Source: an uncultured Acidobacteriota bacterium (GTDB lineage: Bacteria; Acidobacteriota; JAQAZP01). From it: 64,000 nucleotides of DNA. The stretch covers positions 1,120,001 through 1,184,000 of the forward strand of contig CAWIIB010000001.1 of the NCBI GenBank assembly GCA_963836075.1, read 5' to 3'. The notes beneath the pieces are model-generated. The model did no database searches and was not told where the DNA came from. It saw only the letters and a program-made list of their open reading frames with translations. Position numbers and translations under genes: made by a program. Each line of letters starts with the position of its first letter. Within the stretch, counting starts at the first letter, position 1. This document shows, piece by piece, positions 31,995-39,835 of this stretch.

Positions 31995-33666
31995 TTATGC
32001 CGACTTGCGCACGGTCTGCAGAAAGGTCTCCGCCTTTCCGGCCCAGTAGCGGGCCGCGGCACCGAGCAGTTGGTAGGTACAGGACGGCGAGCAGGGCCAG
32101 CAGCAGGGCCATGAACAGCGGCTGCCAGGCGGTGAGACCGAACAGGGCCGGCAACAGGAGGGTCAGGCCGCAGAGCAACACGCTGGCCAGCAGGGACAGG
32201 ATCCCGGTGAGAATCCCCACCTGGGACGGCGAGGCCATGAACGCGGCGGGATTGCGGGCCACCGGGAAGGCGATGGAGACCAGGTTGCCGCCCATGGCCA
32301 GCACCAGCAGGGCGGTGGCAAAGACCAGCAGCCCGGTGGCCAGGGTGCCCGGCGCGGGCAGGGGTGACACCACTGACCAGGTGATCATCGAGATGATGAA
32401 GAGCAGACCGTTGTACGCCCAGACGGCGATGTTCTTGCCCAGCAGCACGTTGCGCAGGCTCACCGGACAGAAAAAGTAGTTCTGGGCCCCGCTCCCCTCC
32501 CAGGCAAAGGAATTGTTGAGGAAATTGTTGGAGAGGAACGCGATGTAGAGCAGGGTCGAGAAGAGCAGGACCCGGTCCGGGTCCACACCGGGCAGGGGGC
32601 GGCGGAGCACTTCGGAGAAGATGAAGACGAACATCAGCACCAGCACCGGGGCCATCAGCAGACTGAAGCGACCCAGCACGCTGCGCAGCAGGTAGCGCAG
32701 GTCCTTCAGCGCCACGGCCCTGGTCTCGGGGGGCAGAAAACGGAGCAGCGTCCCGACCCGGTGGATAGGCCGCGCAGGCATTGCCGAAGCTGAATTGTTG
32801 GCCGGCGCCGGTTGTTTGCGGCCCGGGGAGCCGCCGGCCCTTTCCCGAAGGAAGAGTCCATACCCCGCGCCCAGACCGGCAACGGACCAGAGCAGCAGGT
32901 AAAGCACGGCAGACCCGGAACTCCCCCCATCACCTTCCGCTGAACAAAGGCCCCGGGCGGCGATGGACGGGGGCAGGACGGCCGCGGCCCGGGCCAGCGG
33001 CGCCATGAACCCCTGCATTTCAGCCATTTTCTCAGCACCGCCGTCCGAGGCACGGTAGCGCTCCACCATGGCCGGCAGGAGGCAGACCAGAATCAGCAGG
33101 ATCATGGCGCCCAGGATGATCAGTTCGCGCAGACGCCTCCGGGCCATAAGTGCCCGCACCGCCAGGGACAGGGCATGACTCCAGGAGACCAGAACCATGA
33201 CAAAGAGGAACAGAATCACCGCACCGGTCAACGACCCGGGACCGGGCGGCAGCAGAGCCACGGCGGCCGCGGCAGCAAGCGACGGGTAGTAGAAGAAATG
33301 CGACCCGCCGAAAAAGGCGGAGCCGAGGAAAAAGCCGAAAAGCTTCGGCCGGCTCACCGGGTAGAGCAGCAGCGACTCCGGCTCCAGGCCACTCGCAGTC
33401 CCGCCGCGGAGCAGGGGCAGGAACAGGCCGAAAAAGGCACTGGACCAGAGGGCCACGTGCCAGGCAGTGCTCAGCAACTGGGAGTCGTCCTCCGCCCGGG
33501 CCTGGAAGAACAGGAAGCCGAAGCCGGTGGCCATGCCCAGAGATACCGCAGCCCCGAGGCCGATCAGCAGGGCTGCCACCACGCGGTTTGTCCACCGGGC
33601 GCTGCCGCGAAACTGGCGCACACCCAGCAGGTAACGCAGACGGATCAGGGCAAGGAGCCTGTTCAT
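31995..33666 (-). CDS. ABC-2 type exporter permease (probable +1 error near 32076)
   Basis: Many TM helices, LLLYPVSR, KDLRYLLRS, NSFAWEG, LLGKN. Removing one base gives a more natural end, YYQLLGAAARYWAGKAETFLQTVRKSA* (stop 31995). Confidence 0.8.
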
Positions 33667-33669
33667 GGT

Positions 33670-34446
33670 TCAGCCCAGCCAGGAGAGGGTCGGCTTGGGG
33701 TGTGGCTCATCCGACTCCACCAGTGAGAGGAAAAGCTCCTCGAGGGAAGCGGAGCCATGCTCCAGGGAGACCCCGCGCTGCAGCTCTGCCAGGGTCCCCT
33801 GGGCCACCAGCCGGCCCTGGTGGATGATGGCGAGGCGACTGCACAGCTTTTCCACGATCTCCAGGATATGCGAGGTGAGGAATATGGTCACCCCGGCCTT
33901 GATCAGCGCCCCCAGGAGGTCCTTGATCAGCCTCGAGGCCACCGCATCGATGCCCTCGAACGGTTCGTCAAGGAAGAGCAGTTGCGGTTCGTGAATCAGG
34001 GCCGAACAGAGCGCCAGCTTCTTCTTCATCCCGTGGCTGAAATCGACGATCTGCTTCTTCCCTTCCCCGCCGAGGTTCATCAGTTCCAGCAGTTCCTCAC
34101 TTCTCGCCCGGATCACTTTCTTTCGCATCCCGTACATCCGGCCGACAAAATCAAGATACTCCCCGGCTCTAAGCCGGTCGTAGAGCGCCAGTTCCTCGGG
34201 CAGGACGCCGATCCGCTGCTTCACTTCCACCGGTTGCCGGGCCACGTCGTATCCCAGCACCGTGGCTTCGCCTCCGCTGATTTTCAGCAGGCCGGTGAGC
34301 ATTTTGATGGTGGTGGACTTGCCGGCGCCATTGGGGCCCAGAAATCCGAAGAACGACCCGGCGTCAACGGTGAGATCCAACTGGTCCACGGCGGTGAAGT
34401 CGCCGAATGTGCGCTGCAGGCCGCTGGTGGTGATGGCGTGAATCAT
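33670..34446 (-). CDS. ABC transporter ATP-binding protein
   Basis: GPNGAGKST, FSHGMKKK, LFLDEP, TSH. Confidence 0.95.
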   Translation of the reverse strand: MIHAITTSGLQRTFGDFTAVDQLDLTVDAGSFFGFLGPNGAGKSTTIKMLTGLLKISGGEATVLGYDVARQPVEVKQRIGVLPEELALYDRLRAGEYLDFVGRMYGMRKKVIRARSEELLELMNLGGEGKKQIVDFSHGMKKKLALCSALIHEPQLLFLDEPFEGIDAVASRLIKDLLGALIKAGVTIFLTSHILEIVEKLCSRLAIIHQGRLVAQGTLAELQRGVSLEHGSASLEELFLSLVESDEPHPKPTLSWLG

Positions 34447-34505
34447 GTCTATTGATACGGCGGGTATCCGGTCCGGGTTTCGTTCATCTGCCGCTGGGGA
34501 TCAGG

Positions 34506-34706
34506 CTAGTCCCGGGAGGACTGGAAACGGGGATGGTCCGGGCTGTACCAGCAGATATCGCAGCTGCCGCCCAGTTCGCACATCCCCGTGGGCCGGAGGC
34601 AGGTGCCGTCGTAATTGCCCGGCTTCATCTGCTCGGTGTCGACCAGTGCGGGTGAGCCGCCGGCAGACGGCCGGCGGTCAGGTTCTGCTTCGGAACTTCT
34701 CGTCAT
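34506..34706 (-). CDS. Small Cys-rich protein (66 aa)
   Basis: ATG overlaps the cysC stop (ATGA); ends ...GTCLRPTGMCELGGSCDICWYSPDHP. Confidence 0.55.
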   Translation of the reverse strand: MTRSSEAEPDRRPSAGGSPALVDTEQMKPGNYDGTCLRPTGMCELGGSCDICWYSPDHPRFQSSRD

Positions 34707-35356
34707 GAGTAGGGAGACTCGATGATCCGGGGACGGCCCACCACCGGCTTGACAATGATCTGGCGCTCCTCGAGATAGGCGATCACTTTGGCCGCGCACT
34801 CCTTGATGGTCAGCTTGTCGGTCTCCACCACCAGCTCGGGATCAACCGGCTCTTCGTAGGGTGCCGAGATGCCGGTGAAGTCGGGGATGTCACCGGCCCG
34901 GGCCTTGACGTAGAGCCCTTTGGGGTCGCGGCGTTCGCACTCCTCGATGGAGCACTTGCAGTAGACCTCGGCAAACCGGCCGTCCTCTTCCATTTCGCGG
35001 GCCTTGTCCCGGTCCTTCTGGTAAGGCGAAATGAAGGCGCACATCACGATCACCCCCACGTGATTGAACAGGTGGGCCACCTCGCCGATGCGGCGGATGT
35101 TTTCCTCGCGGTCCTCCTGGGAGAAGCCGAGGTCGCTGTTCAGGCGGTGGCGGATGTTGTCGCCGTCGAGCACATAGGCGGAGAGTCCACGGTTGTAAAG
35201 CTGATCCTCCACCTCCCGGGCCACGGTGGATTTTCCCGACGCCGAGAGGCCGGTGAACCAGAGGGTGACCCCTCGGTGGCCGCGGAGCCGTTCCCGGTCA
35301 CGGGTGTCGATGCTGGACGGGTGCCAGGTGATGTTGCGATCTTCAGGTGAACTCAT
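34703..35356 (-). CDS. cysC: Adenylyl-sulfate kinase
   Basis: WFTGLSASGKST, LDGDNIRH, FISPY, RDPKGLY, FTGISAPYE. Confidence 0.97.
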   Translation of the reverse strand: MSSPEDRNITWHPSSIDTRDRERLRGHRGVTLWFTGLSASGKSTVAREVEDQLYNRGLSAYVLDGDNIRHRLNSDLGFSQEDREENIRRIGEVAHLFNHVGVIVMCAFISPYQKDRDKAREMEEDGRFAEVYCKCSIEECERRDPKGLYVKARAGDIPDFTGISAPYEEPVDPELVVETDKLTIKECAAKVIAYLEERQIIVKPVVGRPRIIESPYS

Positions 35357-35499
35357 AATCTCCTCGCCTCCCTATCCTTAAAAGATATATCGATTTCATC
35401 AATTTTGCCCGAGGAACCTACCAGACAAACCCGGTCAAGTCAAAAGAAAATGATCGGCACGGTCCGGCCGGCACTTGAATTCGGACGACCGGGCCCGTA

Positions 35500-36786
35500 C
35501 TACCGCCGGCGCAGCACGGCCAGGGTCTCGCAGTGGGCGGTCTGGGGGAACATGTCAAAGGGCACCACCCGCTGTGCCCGGTATCCGCAGGAGACCAGTT
35601 CCTTCAGGTCGCGGGCCAGTGTGGATGGATTGCAGGAGACGTAGATCAGGGTGCCCACGCCCCGCCGCACCAGTTCCGCCACCGTCTCCGGGTCCATGCC
35701 GGCCCGGGGCGGGTCCACCAGGATCACTCCCTTCTCCGCGCCGTGGGCCGGCAGCAGTTCGTTCAGCAGTCCGGGCAGCGTCCGGGCCACCTCGCCGCGC
35801 AGGAACCGCAGATTGGTCACCCCGGCCCGCTCAGCCGTGGCCGTGGCCGCCCGGATGGCGCCCTTGTGCGACTCGATCCCCACCCCCTCCCCCACCAGGT
35901 CGGCCAGCAGGAGCAGGAAAACACCGACACCGCAATAGGCGTCCACCAGGTAGGGCAACGATCCCAGCGAATCCGCCAGCTGCTCCACCTCCGATCGCAC
36001 CACGTTGAGCAGCAGGCGGTGGGTGGCGTAATTGGTCTGGTAAAAAGCGGTGTCGGGCACCAGCACACGGCCGCCGGGCAGCAGATCTTCTGCCACGTCA
36101 AAGGTCTTTGGCGGCAGCGGTGCTTCGGGAGGCGGGGGCACCAACCAGTCCTGGTAGGCCTGCCGGCCATCGGAACGGAAAACCACCTGGTGCGGCAACC
36201 GCCCCGGCAGCTTCGACTCCCTGATATGCTTCTGCACCGCGGCCACGGCGGCGTTGATCCCCTCCTCGGCGATCAGGCACTGCTCCACCGGCAGCAGGTC
36301 CCGGCCGTGCCGGGCCCTGAAACCGAGATACCGCTCACCCTGCCGCTTGCCCATGGAATGGAGGGCGATCTTGTTGCGGTAGCCATAGGGCAAGGGGCAG
36401 GCTACGGTCGGCTCCACCGTCACGCTCTCCAGACCACCGATCCGTTCCAGGGCGTCCTGTACCTGCTTGGTCTTCAACTCCAGCTGGTGGGGATAGTCGA
36501 TGTGCTGGTAGCGGCAGCCCCCGCAGTGTCCGTAGATCGGGCAGGGCGGCTCCGCCCGGTGGACTGAATGCTCAAGCACCTCTACCAGGTCGGCCTCCAA
36601 ATGCTTCTTGCGCACCGCACTGACCTTGGCCCGCACCAGCTCGCCGTCCACCACGTCCTCGATCAGCGCAACCCGGCCGTCCTCCAGCCGGGCCACCCCC
36701 CGGCCGTCGGAAGCGATGTCGAGGATGCGCAGATCCAGTTGATCTCCTGGATTCACCTGCGCCGTATTGTGTTCAGTCGTAACCAT
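35500..36786 (-). CDS. rlmD: 23S rRNA m5U methyltransferase RlmD/TrmA family
   Basis: TRAM domain, CPIYGHCGGC Fe-S motif, FYQTN, DAYCGVG, VDPPRAG, YVSCNP, DMFPQTAHCE. Confidence 0.93.
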   Translation of the reverse strand: MVTTEHNTAQVNPGDQLDLRILDIASDGRGVARLEDGRVALIEDVVDGELVRAKVSAVRKKHLEADLVEVLEHSVHRAEPPCPIYGHCGGCRYQHIDYPHQLELKTKQVQDALERIGGLESVTVEPTVACPLPYGYRNKIALHSMGKRQGERYLGFRARHGRDLLPVEQCLIAEEGINAAVAAVQKHIRESKLPGRLPHQVVFRSDGRQAYQDWLVPPPPEAPLPPKTFDVAEDLLPGGRVLVPDTAFYQTNYATHRLLLNVVRSEVEQLADSLGSLPYLVDAYCGVGVFLLLLADLVGEGVGIESHKGAIRAATATAERAGVTNLRFLRGEVARTLPGLLNELLPAHGAEKGVILVDPPRAGMDPETVAELVRRGVGTLIYVSCNPSTLARDLKELVSCGYRAQRVVPFDMFPQTAHCETLAVLRRR

Positions 36787-36856
36787 CCCCAGCTCCTGTA
36801 AAGAGGTGAAGATACGCCATCAAGTACGGAGTTGTCCAGAATAGGGATCAAGATGG

Positions 36857-37138
36857 TTATCGCTTGAGTTGCTTGATCAGTTTATAAATCTGACCACGAA
36901 CACCGACGGCAATAATCTCAACGACGATCAGATCGTCAATGATCTCATACAAAATACGATAGCCCCCAACCCTTAACCTGTATACATCCCCGCTCGCCCC
37001 CCCAATCTTCTCGATGCCTCCAGGTCTGGGCTCTTCAGCAAGCGCATCGATGGTGTTTGCGATTCGGTGTTGGAACTCTGTGGGGATTTTGCGGAAACTC
37101 CGCTTGGCAGCGTTCCGGAATACAATTTTGTAGGGCAC
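36857..37138 (-). CDS. RelE/ParE family toxin
   Basis: YRLRVGGYRILYEI...IIAVGVRGQIY; lower GC; directly downstream of antitoxin. Confidence 0.9.
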   Translation of the reverse strand: MPYKIVFRNAAKRSFRKIPTEFQHRIANTIDALAEEPRPGGIEKIGGASGDVYRLRVGGYRILYEIIDDLIVVEIIAVGVRGQIYKLIKQLKR

Positions 37139-37147
37139 CTGAACCTC

Positions 37148-37393
37148 TTACAAACCCAACTCAGTCTTAATGTCCTCCCATGGCGTGATATCGGACTCTT
37201 TCCGTGCCTTTCGAATCGCATCCATATCGAGATGATCTTCAAGCATCTGAAGCAGTTCAAGGTCCTCAACTGTAATCATCGCTGCAATTTTTTTGCCATG
37301 CCTCTCGATGGTGACACGCTCTCCCTGGTACAGCAGCCGATTCAGAATTTCTGAAAACTCGCTCCTGACCTGACTGACACTCTTGACGCACAA
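37148..37393 (-). CDS. Phd/YefM family antitoxin
   Basis: VSQVRSEFSEIL...ERVTIERHGKKIAAMI...LEDHLD. Probable TTG start at 37393 after GGAGG. Confidence 0.9.
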   Translation of the reverse strand: MCVKSVSQVRSEFSEILNRLLYQGERVTIERHGKKIAAMITVEDLELLQMLEDHLDMDAIRKARKESDITPWEDIKTELGL

Positions 37394-37409
37394 GATAATC
37401 CCTCCAATT

Positions 37410-37474
37410 GATGTTTTGTACAAAACATCTTTTCAGCTTTATGTATATTATTATTTTCACAACATTCATGTCAA
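37410..37474 (-). promoter_or_regulatory. TA operon sigma70-type promoter and palindromic operator
   Basis: TTGACA (37474-37469), 18 bp spacer, TAATAT (37450-37445); perfect 20-bp palindrome GATGTTTTGTACAAAACATC at 37410-37429. Confidence 0.75.
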
Positions 37475-37721
37475 GGGATCAAATCCCCCGATATTTAATA
37501 AAACGTCGAGTCTGGTTTCGAACAGCTGCGCCCAGGCCACTGTTGTCAAACAAAGACAGAACATCAAGGAGATGGCTCCCACCAGGCAGCTGCCTTCATC
37601 GTGAGCCCTCCAAACCATTCATGAATATAGAGATCGATACACCGAGTTCACCGATTACCGGGGGCAATCCGGGTTCGACCACACTGATCGCCAAAAATGA
37701 ATGAATTATTGAGGGGAAATT

Positions 37722-37755
37722 AAAAAAAAGGGTCAGGCGGTTTCACCTGACCCTT
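37722..37755 (-). terminator. Rho-independent terminator after tRNA-Glu
   Basis: On the minus strand: AAGGGTCAGGTG-AAAC-CGCCTGACCC followed by a T-run. Confidence 0.85.
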
Positions 37756-37765
37756 AATATTTACT

Positions 37766-37840
37766 TGGCAGGGCTACGGGGAATCGAACCCCGGTCTGAT
37801 GACTGAGAATCACCTGTCCTGACCCCTAGACGATAGCCCC
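37766..37840 (-). tRNA. tRNA-Glu(CTC)
   Basis: GGGGCTATCGTCTAGGGGTCAGGACAGGTGATTCTCAGTCATCAGACCGGGGTTCGATTCCCCGTAGCCCTGCCA folds as a cloverleaf; CCA encoded. Confidence 0.95.
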
Positions 37841-37872
37841 GAAAGATTTCAAAGATCGGCCGAAGCCGGGTA

Positions 37873-37946
37873 TGGCTGGGATGCAGGGATTCGAACCCCG
37901 ATAACATGATCCAGAGTCATGTGTCCTGCCGTTGGACGACATCCCA
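37873..37946 (-). tRNA. tRNA-Gln(CTG)
   Basis: TGGGATGTCGTCCAACGGCAGGACACATGACTCTGGATCATGTTATCGGGGTTCGAATCCCTGCATCCCAGCCA. Confidence 0.95.
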
Positions 37947-37987
37947 ACATACTTCTCTTATCGGATTGCTCCGCAAGAGTGGCAATT

Positions 37988-38015
37988 TTTATACCAGACT
38001 GACCTCTGATGTCAA
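37988..38015 (-). promoter_or_regulatory. Putative tRNA promoter
   Basis: TTGACA (38015-38010), 16 bp spacer, TGnTATAAA extended -10. Confidence 0.6.
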
Positions 38016-38057
38016 GCAGAAGTTGCCCTGTTTCGCCCGTTTTACGGGGCTTTCCGT

Positions 38058-39512
38058 CTATTCCTCCAGTGTGGCGATAAGTCGGCGGATCCGCTGGACA
38101 GTACGGGGCTTACCGATCTTCTCCAGCACATCGAAGATGCCGGGGGAAACGGCCTGCCCCAGAACGGCCACCCGGGAGGCGTGGATCAACCAGGCGGCCT
38201 TGATGTCCAGGCGGTCGGCCACGGATCTCAGCAACTGTTCGGTCACCTCCGGGGTGAGATCATCGGTGGCGCTCTTCTCCAGTTCATCGGCCCAGACGGC
38301 CAGGTGTCCGGCCAGGCCTTCGTGCTTGAGGTGCTTTTTGCGCGCCTTGGCGTCGTAGTCGAACTCGTCGGTGAGGTAGGGCCGGGCCTGGGCCGCAAAA
38401 TCGGGCAGGCGGCGGGAACGCTCGGCCAGCAGTTCCAGCAGGCCGGCAAACCAGGTCCTTCTGTCCCCTTCCAGGTCGTCGCTCCACAACCCCTCTTCTT
38501 CCAGCACCGGCTTGACCAGCGGGATCAGCTGCTCACCGCTCATGGCGCTGAAATACTGGCCGTTCATCCACTCCAGCTTCTTCATGTCGAAGACCGCATC
38601 GGATGAGGTGACGTCCTCGAGGGCGAAGAGTTCGATGGCCTCCTTGCGGCTGAAGATCTCACGGTCCTCCCCGGGGGACCAGCAGAGCAGGGCGAGGAAG
38701 TTGAACATGGTCTCGGGCAGGAAGCCCTCGCGCTGAAACTCCAGCACCGAGGTGGCGCCGTGACGCTTGGAGAGCCGTTTGCGGTCCTCGCCGAGGATCA
38801 GCGGCAGGTGGGCGAAGACCGGGGGCTGCAGTCCGGCCGCCTGGTAGAGCAGCACCTGCTTCGAGGTGTTGGTCAGGTGGTCCACCCCGCGGATGACATG
38901 GGTCACGCCCAGGTCGGCATCGTCGGCCACCACGCTGATGTGGTAGGTGGGCGAGCCGTCGGAGCGCAGGAGGATGAAGTCCTCGATCTCCTCGTTGCTG
39001 AACCGCACCGTACCCACGATGCGGTCCTCCACCACCGTCTCCCCCTCCGGCACCTTAAAGCGCAGCACCGGCCGGATGCCCTCGGCCTTCCGCTGCTCCG
39101 CGTTGTCGGCGTTCCACTGGCGGGCGAAGCGGGCGTTGTAGGATGTGCCGGCTTTCTGGGCCGCAGCGCGCTCCTTCTCGATCAGCTCCTTCGGTGCGTA
39201 GCAGTGGTAGGCATATCCCGCCTCGAGCAGCGTGTTGGCGAACTGCTCATAGAGTTCACCCCGGTCCGACTGGAAGATCGGCCCCTCGTCGGGGTCGAGG
39301 CCCAGCCAGGCCAGGCCGTCAATGATGCCGGCAGTCATCTCGGCCGAAGAGCGCTCGCGGTCGGTGTCCTCGATGCGCAGGATAAAGGTGCCGCCATGCC
39401 TTCTGGCAAAAAGGTAGTTGAAAAGCGCGGTCCGGGCTCCCCCCACGTGCAGGTGCCCGGTGGGACTGGGGGCGAAGCGGACACGGCAGTGGCTGTTCTG
39501 GTCAGCGGTCAT
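38058..39512 (-). CDS. gltX: Glutamate--tRNA ligase
   Basis: RVRFAPSPTGHLHVGGARTALFN, LRIEDTD, RLSKRHGA. GAGGG RBS before ATG 39512. Confidence 0.97.
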   Translation of the reverse strand: MTADQNSHCRVRFAPSPTGHLHVGGARTALFNYLFARRHGGTFILRIEDTDRERSSAEMTAGIIDGLAWLGLDPDEGPIFQSDRGELYEQFANTLLEAGYAYHCYAPKELIEKERAAAQKAGTSYNARFARQWNADNAEQRKAEGIRPVLRFKVPEGETVVEDRIVGTVRFSNEEIEDFILLRSDGSPTYHISVVADDADLGVTHVIRGVDHLTNTSKQVLLYQAAGLQPPVFAHLPLILGEDRKRLSKRHGATSVLEFQREGFLPETMFNFLALLCWSPGEDREIFSRKEAIELFALEDVTSSDAVFDMKKLEWMNGQYFSAMSGEQLIPLVKPVLEEEGLWSDDLEGDRRTWFAGLLELLAERSRRLPDFAAQARPYLTDEFDYDAKARKKHLKHEGLAGHLAVWADELEKSATDDLTPEVTEQLLRSVADRLDIKAAWLIHASRVAVLGQAVSPGIFDVLEKIGKPRTVQRIRRLIATLEE

Positions 39513-39602
39513 CTCACCCTCCCGTCGAACAATGAAAACGGCAAGCCCCGGGTCTTGAGACTTGCCGCGTGTCCGGGCCCGTTGGCGGGAGCCGGTATCA
39601 AA

Positions 39603-39740
39603 AAGACGATATCCAAAACCACCGTTACCATCCAACTAAAACCCATCAAACGACTGGCATTATACCAGACACTAGCTACAAAAGCCCAATAGCTGCGACT
39701 CCTCGGCTTAACCTACCGGGAGATCGCTGATAAATTGGAG
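39603..39740 (+). pseudogene. Degenerate small helix-turn-helix gene remnant
   Basis: KTISKTTVTIQLKPIKRLALYQTLATKAQ*LRLLGLTYREIADKLE, with an in-frame TAG at 39690; AT-richer than its flanks. Confidence 0.45.
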
Positions 39741-39835
39741 GCGCATGAGATCACAACCGTGAGCTTTGCTGTGGGCGGTCACACCATCGAAGTGACCGAG
39801 GAGCGTGGCTCCGGTGTGTACGACACCGCGACCAT

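Noticed and set aside
37655-37695. GGTTCGA...CGCCA tRNA-like fragment (possible att site)
   Set aside because: No T-stem pairing and no match to the 3' ends of the adjacent tRNAs.
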